Assembly: GCA_030430025.1 (NCBI GenBank)
Contig: JAUIGR010000010.1
Location: forward strand, 1,797 to 65,796
Length of the DNA: 64,000 nucleotides
Reading direction: 5' to 3'
Source: Gammaproteobacteria bacterium
Lineage (GTDB): Bacteria > Pseudomonadota > Gammaproteobacteria > Xanthomonadales > Marinicellaceae
In this document: positions 42,257 to 52,606 of the stretch, one piece after another
Layout of the letters: every line of letters starts with the position of its first letter
Position numbering within the stretch: the first letter of the stretch is position 1
Notes under the pieces: model-generated
Databases searched by the model: none
What the model was told of the DNA's origin: nothing
Seen by the model: the letters and a program-made list of their open reading frames with translations, nothing else
Made by a program: the position numbers and the translations under genes

Positions 42257-42961
42257 TCATAAGTGATATACATCAAATCGACAGGATTTACCCGTGATTT
42301 GAAAAGTGAGCTTATGACTGTTAAGCACCGGTGATTTGGCTGGTCGTTTAATGACCACCCGGTACTTCGCACATTGTAAGGCGTGATTGAGGAGTGAGCC
42401 TACGTCGTTCATGGTTTTCTTGTGTAAACGATGAAACAACTGCATGTCCTTTTTTACCAACGCATCCTTATTGCGAGGCGGGAACATGGGATCGAGGTAG
42501 ATGATATCATACTTTTGCCATTTTATCATATTAAAAGCGTCATCAAAGTACAATGTAAAGGGTCTTGGTCTGTTATTTAATTGATTTTGATAATGATTTA
42601 AGGCATTGTGTAATAAAGTAAAAACGACAGGATTTACTTCACAGGCGACCACTTTAAAACCAGCACAACTGAGTAAAAAAGCATCTTTTCCAAAACCACA
42701 GGTGGCGTCTAACAGATTAAAGTGTACTTGTCCTTTAATTCGACACGCCTTTACCAAGAGTTCCTTGTTGATGTGTTGTGAACTACGATGGATTAACTTT
42801 TTGTTTAAAAAATTAGCGGTCGCAGTGATTTTAGGATTATTCAGATCGACTAAAAATAAAACCCCATCTTTAAAAGATAGGGTTAAATCTGATGCTATTA
42901 AGTGTTCTTGAACTAATCTAGCATCTATCCCTAGGGTTTTTAGATGCGAATCAAGATTCAT
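42257..42961 (-). CDS. rsmJ: 16S rRNA m2G1516 methyltransferase
   Basis: [26 protein letters not shown]. Confidence 0.9.
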   Translation of the reverse strand: MNLDSHLKTLGIDARLVQEHLIASDLTLSFKDGVLFLVDLNNPKITATANFLNKKLIHRSSQHINKELLVKACRIKGQVHFNLLDATCGFGKDAFLLSCAGFKVVACEVNPVVFTLLHNALNHYQNQLNNRPRPFTLYFDDAFNMIKWQKYDIIYLDPMFPPRNKDALVKKDMQLFHRLHKKTMNDVGSLLNHALQCAKYRVVIKRPAKSPVLNSHKLTFQITGKSCRFDVYHL

Positions 42962-44250
42962 TTCCTTTTTTTGATGTCCACATAATCCCTGGTTTTTGCG
43001 CCACGATAAACTTGTCGTGGTCTGCCAATACGAGTGTCCGATGTTTCATGCTGCTCTAACCATTGTGATGTCCAACCAACTGTCCTGGCTATGGCAAACA
43101 TGACTGTGAACATTTGTGTTGGCATGCCCAGCGCTTTGTAAATGATGCCTGAATAAAAATCAACATTTGGGTATAAGTTTCGCGAGACAAAATACTCATC
43201 TTTTAGTGCAATTTCTTCTAATTTCATGGCCAGTTCAAGTTGTGGATCATGAACTCCGAGACTATTTAATACTTCATGGCAGGCTTGACGTATGATGGTG
43301 GCACGAGGGTCAAAATTTTTGTAAACACGATGACCAAAGCCCATTAACCTGAAAGGATCATTTTTATCCTTCGCTTTGGCAATGTACTTATCGATTTGTG
43401 ATACATCACCAATTTTATCTAACATGTTCAGCACTGCTTCATTCGCACCGCCATGTGCAGGACCCCACAAAGACGCAATGCCCGCGGAAATACAAGCAAA
43501 AGGGTTGGCACCTGTTGAGCCGACTAATCGTACCGTGGATGTTGATGCGTTTTGTTCGTGATCAGCATGAAGTATGAATAATAAGTCCAGTGCTTTTGCT
43601 GCAATTGGGTTAATTTCATAAGGTTCAGCAGGAACCCCAAACATCATATGTAATAAACGTTCTGTGAAATTGAGACTGTTTTTAGGATACATGATCGGTT
43701 GACCAATGTGGTTTTTGTATACAAAGGCAGCCACAGTGGGCATCTTGGCAATCAGTCGTATCGCTGCTAACCGACGATCACTAGGATTGCTCATATCCAT
43801 GTGGTTATGATAGAAAGCGGCTAATGACCCGATGGCACTCATCATCATTGCCATTGGATGTGCGTCATACTGAAACCCTTTCATAAAAGAGTGTATCTTT
43901 TCATGGACCATGGTATGACGTGTGATTTCACTTTTAAATGCCGTGTATTGGCTTTGGCTTGGGAGTTCACCATTGATCAGTAAGTAAGTAACCTCCATAA
44001 AAGTACTATCCTTAGCCAGTTGTTCAATGGGATAGCCACGATACAATAAAACGCCTTTGGCTCCATCAATGAAGGTGATGTCACTGGTGCACGAGCCTGT
44101 GGCAGCGAACCCCGAGTCATAAGTAAAGTAACCCGTTTGTTTATGAAGCGTTTTGATATCAAAGGTAGGTGGTCCCATTTTGGACCGTATAACTGGTAAT
44201 TCAGCGGATTGTCCTTCGGGTGTGATTAATTTAACAACTTCTTGACTCAT
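42958..44250 (-). CDS. gltA: Type II citrate synthase
   Basis: [43 protein letters not shown]. Confidence 0.97.
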   Translation of the reverse strand: MSQEVVKLITPEGQSAELPVIRSKMGPPTFDIKTLHKQTGYFTYDSGFAATGSCTSDITFIDGAKGVLLYRGYPIEQLAKDSTFMEVTYLLINGELPSQSQYTAFKSEITRHTMVHEKIHSFMKGFQYDAHPMAMMMSAIGSLAAFYHNHMDMSNPSDRRLAAIRLIAKMPTVAAFVYKNHIGQPIMYPKNSLNFTERLLHMMFGVPAEPYEINPIAAKALDLLFILHADHEQNASTSTVRLVGSTGANPFACISAGIASLWGPAHGGANEAVLNMLDKIGDVSQIDKYIAKAKDKNDPFRLMGFGHRVYKNFDPRATIIRQACHEVLNSLGVHDPQLELAMKLEEIALKDEYFVSRNLYPNVDFYSGIIYKALGMPTQMFTVMFAIARTVGWTSQWLEQHETSDTRIGRPRQVYRGAKTRDYVDIKKRK

Positions 44251-44365
44251 GTAATTATCTCTCTGATTATCGATTTTGTTTGGTTTTTTGATGAGACCGT
44301 TTATTCTGGCGGATCATTTTAACAAAAGAATGATTGGACGTTGGTGATATCTATCAAATTTCCAC

Positions 44366-44388
44366 AAAAAAGCCCGACTAGATCGGGC
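44366..44388 (-). terminator. Intrinsic terminator after rpmE2
   Basis: Minus strand GCCCGA-TCTAG-TCGGGC-TTTTTT. Confidence 0.75.
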
Positions 44389-44418
44389 CTTGAAGTTATC
44401 TGGGAAAGATTTAAAGAA

Positions 44419-44664
44419 TTACTTTCTTTGGTACCTGCGTTTAAATCGATCAACACGACCACCGGTATCAACCACTTTGTGTTGACCGGTATAGAACGGA
44501 TGTGATTTTGATGAAATCTCGATTTTGACCAGCGGATACTCATTACCATCTTCCCATTGAATGGTGTCCTTTGTATGAATACATGAACGTGTCAAGATGG
44601 CGAAGTCGGCGCCAGCATCTTGAAAAACCACTTCACGGTACTCCGGATGAATATCTTTTTTCAT
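44419..44664 (-). CDS. rpmE2: Type B 50S ribosomal protein L31 (no Zn-ligand Cys set)
   Basis: [31 protein letters not shown]. Confidence 0.93.
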   Translation of the reverse strand: MKKDIHPEYREVVFQDAGADFAILTRSCIHTKDTIQWEDGNEYPLVKIEISSKSHPFYTGQHKVVDTGGRVDRFKRRYQRK

Positions 44665-44702
44665 AACTGTTTCCGTTGTCATAAGTTTAAACGAGAGGCG
44701 CG

Positions 44703-44730
44703 ATTATATAGATCACCCTTTAACTTGTAA
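44703..44730 (-). promoter_or_regulatory. Sigma70 promoter of rpmE2
   Basis: TTTACA-16-TATAAT followed by a GC-rich discriminator (CGCGCC). Confidence 0.6.
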
Positions 44731-44741
44731 AGAACTAATTA

Positions 44742-44902
44742 GTCAGTCCTGAAAAAGTCCCTCCTGGCCTTTTTCAGTATCGGTCAAAAAACACTTGACC
44801 ATAAAAGTGCTATTTTGCTGATGTTTTCTGGTCGAAAAAGTGCACAAGATTGAAGTAACTCTTCATACTTAACAATAGAGTTATGCTTTTTTCAGGTTCG
44901 AC
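44742..44902 (-). mobile_element. MITE-like repeat, internally deleted copy (161 bp)
   Basis: Both ends intact with flanking TA; ~145 bp lost between two TGTTTT microhomologies. Confidence 0.85.
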
Positions 44903-45417
44903 TAATTAATGTCAATTTCTCCAATATCTACATCAAAACGATCCATCAGGCTGCCAAGGTCTTTAAGCAATATTTTGCCGCCGATTTTAATGACAATCAA
45001 TTCTGATTCATCTTCTAATGAAACCACCGACAAGCCTTTCATGGTTTGTTCGTCCATTTCTGCCAGAATATAAACGGTGGTGTCTTCTTCTCTGATTGCG
45101 GCCAATTGTTGAAACCCAGCTGCTTTGAGTGACTTTGCGGTGTTGCCAACCCAGGTTTTAAGTGCATTGATATCGCCATCAAATCCTTCATCTAATTCGT
45201 AAACTCGAACCACAATTTCATTCAAGTTTTTCATGACGTTAGATATTTCGTCTTCAGATTTAGACATGCCACTGAGTAGCCCGAGCATTCCTGCACCTAA
45301 ATTGACCTCAACATTTGGTTCGCTTTTGACAATTTGACTGAGCATGCCCATGATATCTTGTGCTTTAGTATATGGCGATAAAACCAGCAAAAGCGTTATA
45401 AAGGTTATTTTTTTCAT
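44902..45417 (-). CDS. DUF4252-family secreted protein
   Basis: Signal peptide; VEVNLGAGML, IVVRVYE, VVIKIGGKI-like C-terminus; third gene of an ECF cluster. Confidence 0.75.
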   Translation of the reverse strand: MKKITFITLLLVLSPYTKAQDIMGMLSQIVKSEPNVEVNLGAGMLGLLSGMSKSEDEISNVMKNLNEIVVRVYELDEGFDGDINALKTWVGNTAKSLKAAGFQQLAAIREEDTTVYILAEMDEQTMKGLSVVSLEDESELIVIKIGGKILLKDLGSLMDRFDVDIGEIDIN

Positions 45418-45442
45418 GATATTCTCCGTTGGTATCGAGCCC

Positions 45443-45799
45443 TTATATTTTTGCTATTGATTTAGAAATTGGTACGATAATGGCGGGTTTGATACCATGT
45501 GTGTTAACGCCACTTAGTGTTTTATTACTCACCTTCTGCATGTAATGCATGGCCACTTCCAAATCGTGTTGCGCTGTTAACAATTTTTGCTCCTGGCTGT
45601 GTTCATGCCAGATCAAACCAGAGGCTGCTATTGCAACAAAGGAAAACGCCATGGCTGGTTTAAACCAGGTATTGTGGTCAATGCCAATGCGTTCGTACAG
45701 TTCTTGCTTCATACTAGGAGGGCAGCGTCTTTTGCTTGCCTGATCAAAGTAATCAGCCAGTTCTGATTTGATCTGTTGTTTAATTAATTTATTACGCAT
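45443..45799 (-). CDS. Single-TM anti-sigma-like protein
   Basis: Overlaps the ECF sigma stop; one TM (AMAFSFVAIAASGLIW); short C-terminal helix. Confidence 0.65.
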   Translation of the reverse strand: MRNKLIKQQIKSELADYFDQASKRRCPPSMKQELYERIGIDHNTWFKPAMAFSFVAIAASGLIWHEHSQEQKLLTAQHDLEVAMHYMQKVSNKTLSGVNTHGIKPAIIVPISKSIAKI

Positions 45800-46286
45800 A
45801 AGCTTTTTCCAGTTTTTCTTTTAATTGGTTTCGAGCACGGTGTAAATAGACTTTAATTTGTGACAGACTCAAGTCCAGCACTTCGGCCATTACCTGATAA
45901 CTCAACCCATTGACCTCTCTCATGACAAGCAAAGATTGATAGGGTTCTGTTAATTCATCGATGGCGCGTGTGATCTCATCGCCCAGTTCGTCATTAATCA
46001 CTGTGTCTATTGCACTCGGTACCACGTCAGCTCCTACAGCTTTGGCTGTTTGATATTCATGAGCATGTTTTCGTCGTCTGAGTATATCCAGACATTGGTT
46101 TCTTGCCACTTTGTATAACCACGCTTTTTCAAATTTTAAACCTTGTTCACGCCGTTCCCATAATTTAATGAAGGTGTCTTGCACCACATCTTCGGCCTCT
46201 AATTGATTGCCAAGCATTTGATAGGCCAGTGCATAGAGACCGTTTTGATTTTGATTAACTTGAAGTCGGTACCAAATACTCATCAT
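45792..46286 (-). CDS. ECF sigma-70 factor
   Basis: AEDVVQDTFIKLW, WLYKVARNQCLD, LSYQVMAE, VKVYLHRAR-like region 4. Confidence 0.92.
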   Translation of the reverse strand: MMSIWYRLQVNQNQNGLYALAYQMLGNQLEAEDVVQDTFIKLWERREQGLKFEKAWLYKVARNQCLDILRRRKHAHEYQTAKAVGADVVPSAIDTVINDELGDEITRAIDELTEPYQSLLVMREVNGLSYQVMAEVLDLSLSQIKVYLHRARNQLKEKLEKAYA

Positions 46287-46327
46287 TAAATCGTTATAAT
46301 CTGCCCATACAACGATGGTTCGAAGTA

Positions 46328-46999
46328 ATGGTTACACACAAATATAAAAAAACACAATTTTTTTTATTGTTATCGATGTTTTTACTTTTGGTGGGGTGTG
46401 GTGCTAAGCCGAAGCCTATTTCTCAAAAAGAGTTGTTGATTAATGCGCTGATGATCAAAGATAACAGGGCAATCACACAGCATAAAACCATCATTGAGGA
46501 TAAAAGACGGGTATTAAATCTGGTTCAACTGTATCAATTAATGGTTGCCAATGAGCCTTATCGTGTTATTGCCAATAGTCAAATATTGCTTGGCAATATA
46601 CACCATTATTCATTGCCACAACAGGCTATCCTTAAACAAATTTTATTATGGGCCTATGCGCACCCTATTTATCGACAAGAAACAGGTAAACAAATTCGCA
46701 TATTACAGCGGACTGAGTTACTGGTTGCACCCAGTGAAGTTGACTTTCTCAAATGTGAAAGGGATTTAAGCACTTGTTCTGACTTGCGTCGACAAATTGA
46801 ACACATCATTAGTACCAAAGAGTTGAATGAAGCACTTTATTTGATGGCTGATCATGATCCTTGTATTAATCTCGGAGATGAAGGTTTAACTGGAGATTTT
46901 GCCAATCAGTGTCTGGCCAGTCGAAAAGGCGATTTAAAGATTAATCTGCTCAGTATGCCAAGCTTTTTAGTTGAGCAGTGGGAGGTGGCTTTGGAGTAA
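46328..46999 (+). CDS. Hypothetical lipoprotein
   Basis: Lipobox LLVG-C; three further Cys; no family recognised. Confidence 0.7.
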   Translation: MVTHKYKKTQFFLLLSMFLLLVGCGAKPKPISQKELLINALMIKDNRAITQHKTIIEDKRRVLNLVQLYQLMVANEPYRVIANSQILLGNIHHYSLPQQAILKQILLWAYAHPIYRQETGKQIRILQRTELLVAPSEVDFLKCERDLSTCSDLRRQIEHIISTKELNEALYLMADHDPCINLGDEGLTGDFANQCLASRKGDLKINLLSMPSFLVEQWEVALE

Positions 47000-47003
47000 C
47001 GTT

Positions 47004-48416
47004 TTACTCTTTCGGGAGTTGTTTACTGTTTTGAGCGCCTAACTGATCTAGGTGTGAGATTTGGCTGTATAAATTACCTCTGCCTGTTCTTAGTTTGTTA
47101 TCAGCTTGTTCCCAAGTTTTATTGATCTGGCTTAGCTGGTGATGAATTTTATTGAAGTCATCATAAAAACCCGCAAATTTGTCAATGAGTTTGCCAGCTC
47201 GGGCGGCAATCTCACGTGCGTTTTTGTTTTGTTTGTCGTTTTGCCATAACATATGGACGGTTCTCAGTGTAGCCAGTAAATTAGTTGCAGATACCAGTAA
47301 AATGTTTTTGCGATAGGCTTTTTCAAGAAGGTCTGTCTCATTGTTAATGGCTGTCATGAGAGCCCCTTCTATGGGAACAAACATCAATACAAAATCAACT
47401 GTTTGCAAACCCTCAATGTGTTGATAGTTTTTAGCAGATAAGCCACTGATGTGTTGCTGTAAGCTTTGTAGGTGTTGTTTTAAAAACAGTTGTTTTTCTT
47501 GCTGATCATTGGTGTTGACATATCGTTGATAAGCTGTCAAGGATACTTTGGCATCCACTATCAACGATTTTTCATCAGGCAAATGAATTACCACATCGGG
47601 TCGTTTACGTTCACCTTGTTGAGAAAAGTTAACTTCAGTCTGATATTCTCTGCCTTGCTCTAAACCAGCCAAGTCAAGCAGTTTTTGCAAGACCATTTCC
47701 CCCCAGTTACCTTGGGTCTTGCTTTCAGCGGTCAGTGCCTGAGTCAAATTTTCTGCCCTTTCTGAGAGTGTGTGATTTAGCTTAGACATTTCCGTTAATT
47801 GGTGCTTCAAGGCTTCGCTTTGTTTTACACTTTCAATTTTATTTAAGGTGACTTGTTCCGAAAATAACTTTAACTGTTCATGGATAGGTCTAACCAACTG
47901 TTGAATTTGTTTTTGGTTTTGTTCAGAGAATTTTTGGCTCTTTTGGTCGAGAATTTTTTGCCCTAAGTGGCTGAATTCATTCTTCAGTTGTGATTTGGCT
48001 TCATCAATGAAAGTCTGTTGCTCTTTGAGACGAATGGTTTTTTGGACGAGTTCAGCTTCCATGCTGCGTAAATTCAATTTTGTTTGGTGTAATCTGTCTT
48101 GTAACTCAGGTAATTTGTTGACTTCTGACTGCAGGTGGTCACGTGTTGTTTCCAATTGTGCAACCAGTCGATTTAAACCTTCATTTTTCTTTTGCGTATG
48201 TTGATGCTGTAGCATCTGGTTTTTCAATGTTTCTTCAAGCCGACCTAGCTCTTTGTTCAGCTGTGTCAGGGTTTGTTCTTGCTGTTTTGCGTGCCATAGT
48301 TTTTGCTGTCGCCACCAGAGATAGGCAGCCAACACTCCCAAGAGTAGACCAAGCAACATCGTAATCAACAGACTTTGCCATTTGTATAGTTCTATAAAAC
48401 CCAGTAAATTTTCCAT
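47004..48416 (-). CDS. rmuC: DNA recombination protein RmuC
   Basis: N-terminal TM plus coiled coil; QGNWGE, RPDVVI, VDAK, FVLMFVPIE. Confidence 0.95.
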   Translation of the reverse strand: MENLLGFIELYKWQSLLITMLLGLLLGVLAAYLWWRQQKLWHAKQQEQTLTQLNKELGRLEETLKNQMLQHQHTQKKNEGLNRLVAQLETTRDHLQSEVNKLPELQDRLHQTKLNLRSMEAELVQKTIRLKEQQTFIDEAKSQLKNEFSHLGQKILDQKSQKFSEQNQKQIQQLVRPIHEQLKLFSEQVTLNKIESVKQSEALKHQLTEMSKLNHTLSERAENLTQALTAESKTQGNWGEMVLQKLLDLAGLEQGREYQTEVNFSQQGERKRPDVVIHLPDEKSLIVDAKVSLTAYQRYVNTNDQQEKQLFLKQHLQSLQQHISGLSAKNYQHIEGLQTVDFVLMFVPIEGALMTAINNETDLLEKAYRKNILLVSATNLLATLRTVHMLWQNDKQNKNAREIAARAGKLIDKFAGFYDDFNKIHHQLSQINKTWEQADNKLRTGRGNLYSQISHLDQLGAQNSKQLPKE

Positions 48417-48464
48417 AGTGATTATGCTATCATTTCACACAAATGAACACAAAGGTAATCCAAT

Positions 48465-49481
48465 ATGAAGGTTTTTAAATATTTATTTTTTGCGTTGTTG
48501 TTTTTATTGGCAGCTTTCCTTGCCTATGGTTTCTTTATTTTAGAAGATGAAGTACAAGTCAAGCGATCTATCAAGATAGATAGACCTGCAAAAATGGTTT
48601 ATCAAGCCATTAATAGCATGCATACATTTAATCGATGGTCGCCTTGGGCTGATATGGATCCTAATGCCAAATATCAAATAACAGGGCCTACCACAGGTGT
48701 GGGCTCAAAAATGGCATGGCAGGGTAATCAAGATGTTGGTTCGGGTACTCAAGAAATTATTGAGGTTAAAGAAAATCAAATGATCAAAACAGAGTTGTTT
48801 TTTGATGGCCAGGGAGATGACCCTTCTTGGGCTACATTACAGATTGTTGATCAGGGCGATTCGGTGGTGGTTGACTGGGTTTTTGAGGCTGACTTCAATG
48901 GCAATATACTGGGTCGCTATTTTGGTCTGATGATGGATGATATGCTTGGTCCTCAATATGAAAAAGGGCTGACTAAACTAAAGGCTTTAGTTGAGTCACA
49001 AAAAGTCTATGATTTTTCGATGATTTCGATTGAGAATGTTCGACCACAAACTATTTTATATGTTTCCAGCCAGGCTAATACGAATTCAGATGTCAGTGCG
49101 GTTTTGGAGCAAGCCTATGGACAAATTATGTCAACTATTACTGCAAATGGTTTGGAAACAGCAGGAATGCCTATGGCCATTACTCGTAGTTGGAATGCTG
49201 GTGACTGGGTATTTGATGCAGCCATTCCCGTTGATGTTGATGGCATTGAGCTGGTTGAGGACAACCCTGTGAAACTGGGTAACACCTATTCTGGTAAGGC
49301 TGTTAAGTATATACAACTAGGGAGTTATGACTTGGCTGAAGCATCTTATGAAGCATTGGAGGCATACTTGGTCGATCAAGGATTAGAAAAAAATGGCGAT
49401 TCTTGGGAGGTTTATGTCAATGACCCAGCCACAGTTGAAGAAACGGCCATTGAAACACATATTTTTTATCCAATTAAGTAG
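48465..49481 (+). CDS. SRPBCC plus GyrI-like ligand-binding protein
   Basis: WSPWADMDP, GVGSKMAW, QYEKGLTKLK; C-terminal GSYD, WEVYVNDP. Confidence 0.85.
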   Translation: MKVFKYLFFALLFLLAAFLAYGFFILEDEVQVKRSIKIDRPAKMVYQAINSMHTFNRWSPWADMDPNAKYQITGPTTGVGSKMAWQGNQDVGSGTQEIIEVKENQMIKTELFFDGQGDDPSWATLQIVDQGDSVVVDWVFEADFNGNILGRYFGLMMDDMLGPQYEKGLTKLKALVESQKVYDFSMISIENVRPQTILYVSSQANTNSDVSAVLEQAYGQIMSTITANGLETAGMPMAITRSWNAGDWVFDAAIPVDVDGIELVEDNPVKLGNTYSGKAVKYIQLGSYDLAEASYEALEAYLVDQGLEKNGDSWEVYVNDPATVEETAIETHIFYPIK

Positions 49482-49512
49482 TTAAAATAAAGAATATTTT
49501 TACAAGTAGAAG

Positions 49513-49536
49513 TGCATCTTTTTTTAAAAAGATGCA
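49513..49536. terminator. Inverted repeat after 48465-49481
   Basis: TGCATCTTTTTTTAAAAAGATGCA. Confidence 0.4.
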
Positions 49537-49636
49537 GGTTTGGGTTGAAAAAATATGAGTTGTACTTGAGAATGATAAGCTTAAATAAGCACTGTTGGTT
49601 AGCAGAGCTTATTTATAGGCGAATCTTTAACATGAC

Positions 49637-49646
49637 GGGGGGGGGG
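49637..49646 (+). repeat. G10 homopolymer at the RBS of 49649-51487
   Basis: CATGAC-GGGGGGGGGG-AA-ATG. Confidence 0.9.
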
Positions 49647-49648
49647 AA

Positions 49649-51487
49649 ATGAAAGCAATAACGATGGCTGCTGGTATGATGCTGGCCGCCCATTCAATAG
49701 CGGCAGATAATGCGCCGCACCTAAAGTTTAATCAACTATTAAAACCAGAAACATTATATCAGCAAAGAGACTCTAAGGCTCTTAAGGGAGTTGTTATAGC
49801 TACAGTAGGTGATGATAATGCATGTGACTATCGATTAGGAACAACCAGAATTAATGATGCCATCAATGGAGGGTACATTCACATTAGGGTGGCAGCAGGA
49901 ACATATACAGAAAATATCAGCATTGTTGACAAAAATATGACCATAGAAGGTGGGTATGCTAATTGTACGGATGCTGCTAATGATGTTGTAGGTGGCGGTA
50001 GTACAATCATAGATGGATCAGGAGATACAGCAACCTCTGTGGTGGGGATCTCGGGAAACTCTGATGTTTGGAATATCACCCTGAGAAGGTTGACTATCCA
50101 AAATGGAGGTACTATCTCATTGCTTGTTGGAGGAGGCATTAATGTTATAAATTCAGATGCCAATATTTTGTTTGATAATCTTATTATTTTAGAAAATACA
50201 GCCAACTTCGGCGGCGGGATTGGTATTATTTTCGGTGCTCCTTCAATTAATATTGTGGACACCAATATTTGGAGCAATACAGGTAATTCGGGAGGAGGAA
50301 TCTCTTGTAATTCTGTTGGTGCAGGGATTAATTTTTACGATACAGGAAATGCGGGTAAGGGTTCAATCTTTGGTAACCAAGTTGTTTTGAGAGATGGTGG
50401 AGGTGTTGAGCTGCTTGCAGGCTGTTCGATGATATTATTTTCAGGTCAAGATCCAGATAATCTCATAGATTTTAGAGGTATTATCAATAATACAAGTGTT
50501 AGGCACGGCGGTGGAGTTTATGCTGCTAATGGGTCTCAGTTTACTGCAATTGGTTTCTTTTTCTTGGCAGGAAATAATGATGCTCCTGCTACTGTCAGGG
50601 CTAATACGGCTGACAGTGACAACAATGACGAAGGTAATGGTGGTGGCATTTATCTAACGGGTGCGAATACTTCAGCAGGTTTGTATAACATCAGACTGTC
50701 TGATAACAGCGCATATAATGGTGGTGGTATAGCTGTTGAAGAGGGTGCAACTTTATTGACAGAAGCCATTAAGTTTTCTTCATCGTGCTGGGCTCCAGGA
50801 AAATGTAACCAGATTCACGGAAATCAGGCTGATTCTTTTGGAGGAGCTATATATTCAGATCAATCGGCAGATCTCGAAACCAATACCAGTATCTTTTCCT
50901 CTCATATTTATGGCAATACAGCTGCTTCAGCAGGGTCAGCATCATATGTCAGAGGAGAAGATAATGAATTTTTAATAGAAGGCTCAGTGATCTATGAAAA
51001 CACTGGTGGGTCGGTTGTATTGTATAACTTTACAAATTCGATTGCTCGCTATCAGTTCAATACCATTGCCGATAACCAGGCTGGTTTAAGTATAGTGAGG
51101 AATTTTCAAGGGACCAGTCAATTAATGAGTTCCATTGTCCACCAGTTAGATGCCACAGATGTTTATTCAACTGTATCGCCCGTTGATGATGCGTTTGATT
51201 GTCTCATAACACATGCAGAAACTGGATTTACACCCATCTTTAGCACTATTATTGATGACCCAGAGTTCGTTGATCGGGCAAATGATGACTATCATATCAA
51301 CTCATTCAATTCGCCAGCGGTTGATTTTTGTGATGGTTTTACCGTTCCAGAGCGTGATACTGATATTGATAATGAGCAGCGTGGTTGGGATGATTACACT
51401 ACGGTTAATAACATCGGACCCTACGATATAGGTGCCGATGAGACTTATGGTAATGATATCATATTTGAAGATGGTTTAGAAATGTAA
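49649..51487 (+). CDS. Secreted beta-helix (PMP/GGAI-repeat) protein with choice-of-anchor-Q-like end and DIIFEDGLE tail
   Basis: Signal peptide; repeated N-x-A-x-x-GGGI; DYHINSFNSPAVD ... DIGADE; terminal DIIFEDGLEM. Confidence 0.85.
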   Translation: MKAITMAAGMMLAAHSIAADNAPHLKFNQLLKPETLYQQRDSKALKGVVIATVGDDNACDYRLGTTRINDAINGGYIHIRVAAGTYTENISIVDKNMTIEGGYANCTDAANDVVGGGSTIIDGSGDTATSVVGISGNSDVWNITLRRLTIQNGGTISLLVGGGINVINSDANILFDNLIILENTANFGGGIGIIFGAPSINIVDTNIWSNTGNSGGGISCNSVGAGINFYDTGNAGKGSIFGNQVVLRDGGGVELLAGCSMILFSGQDPDNLIDFRGIINNTSVRHGGGVYAANGSQFTAIGFFFLAGNNDAPATVRANTADSDNNDEGNGGGIYLTGANTSAGLYNIRLSDNSAYNGGGIAVEEGATLLTEAIKFSSSCWAPGKCNQIHGNQADSFGGAIYSDQSADLETNTSIFSSHIYGNTAASAGSASYVRGEDNEFLIEGSVIYENTGGSVVLYNFTNSIARYQFNTIADNQAGLSIVRNFQGTSQLMSSIVHQLDATDVYSTVSPVDDAFDCLITHAETGFTPIFSTIIDDPEFVDRANDDYHINSFNSPAVDFCDGFTVPERDTDIDNEQRGWDDYTTVNNIGPYDIGADETYGNDIIFEDGLEM

Positions 51488-51508
51488 GAATTTGAGGGTA
51501 TAAACTCC

Positions 51509-51539
51509 AAAGCCCCTTTGAAAAACGAAGGGGCTTTTT
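51509..51539. terminator. Bidirectional intrinsic terminator
   Basis: AAAGCCCCTT-9nt-AAGGGGCTTTTT between convergent genes. Confidence 0.8.
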
Positions 51540-51617
51540 ATCTCATTTTCATGTGTCGGTTGTTTAGTTTTCAAGAGTTGTGATATTAACAATTGAATTG
51601 TGCTAATTCCTAGATGT

Positions 51618-52106
51618 TCACCAGTAGGGTTCACGAATAAAGTGACAAGTGTAGCCGTTAGGGATGCGCTCAAGGTAATCCTGATGTTCGGGTTCTGCTT
51701 CCCAAAAATCACCAGCTGGGCTCACTTCTGTGACTACTTTGTTAGGCCAAAAACCGGAACCATCGACTTCATCAATGGCATTTTGTGCTATTTGTTTTTG
51801 CTCATTTGAGGTATAGAATATAGCAGAACGGTAGGAGGTACCTACGTCATTGCCTTGACGATTTTGTGTGGTTGGGTCGTGTATTTGAAAAAAGAACCTG
51901 AGCATTTCTTTGAATGAAGTTTGTTGTGGGTCGATGATGATTTCGAGTGTTTCGGCATGAGTTCCATGGTTCTTATAAGTGGCATTTTTGATATTGCCAC
52001 CACAGTACCCGACACGGGTTGATATGACTCCCGGTTGTTTTCGGAACAAGTCCTGCATCCCCCAAAAGCAACCTCCAGCTAACAAAACACGTTCTTGGTT
52101 GTTCAT
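51618..52106 (-). CDS. msrA: Peptide methionine sulfoxide reductase A
   Basis: [30 protein letters not shown]. Confidence 0.96.
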   Translation of the reverse strand: MNNQERVLLAGGCFWGMQDLFRKQPGVISTRVGYCGGNIKNATYKNHGTHAETLEIIIDPQQTSFKEMLRFFFQIHDPTTQNRQGNDVGTSYRSAIFYTSNEQKQIAQNAIDEVDGSGFWPNKVVTEVSPAGDFWEAEPEHQDYLERIPNGYTCHFIREPYW

Positions 52107-52606
52107 CTGATCAATCTCATGGTAAAAACATGATGATTGGGGCTCTGTACCATTTTGTCAAGCTGTTTCAATAGCAGATACAGGTAAAAACAAATGCGGT
52201 TCAAATGAGGGAGATAAGAATGTGCGTTGTTATGTCAACGATACTGCCGAGGCCATATGAAATCAATCTATGGTTACGGTATACACAACAGACAGGCGTT
52301 GAGGTGGACTGATACATCGGTAGAGCGTTAGCGCATGTTCTGTGTATGATTCAAGCGATGGTTAGTCGATGGTTGCTGGGTAATGAGGTTGCCATGGATG
52401 TTAATTTATGACAGTGTCAACGCGATACTTTAATGACTATTGTAGAGGCCTCTACTTGTTCAAATTGATATTCTTGTTGATTCAATAAACAAGATCGATA
52501 CCATCACTTTAATTCAGCTACTATTCATGATTGAAAAACATAATGAGTGACTGCTTTTAGAATGGATCTAAAAACTTAACCCATTTAATAATGAAAAGGT
52601 AGAAAT

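Noticed and set aside
44419-44664. Type B L31 as a zinc-starvation paralogue
   Set aside because: No rpmJ2 partner or clear Zur box, and a constitutive-looking promoter; probably the ordinary L31 of this lineage
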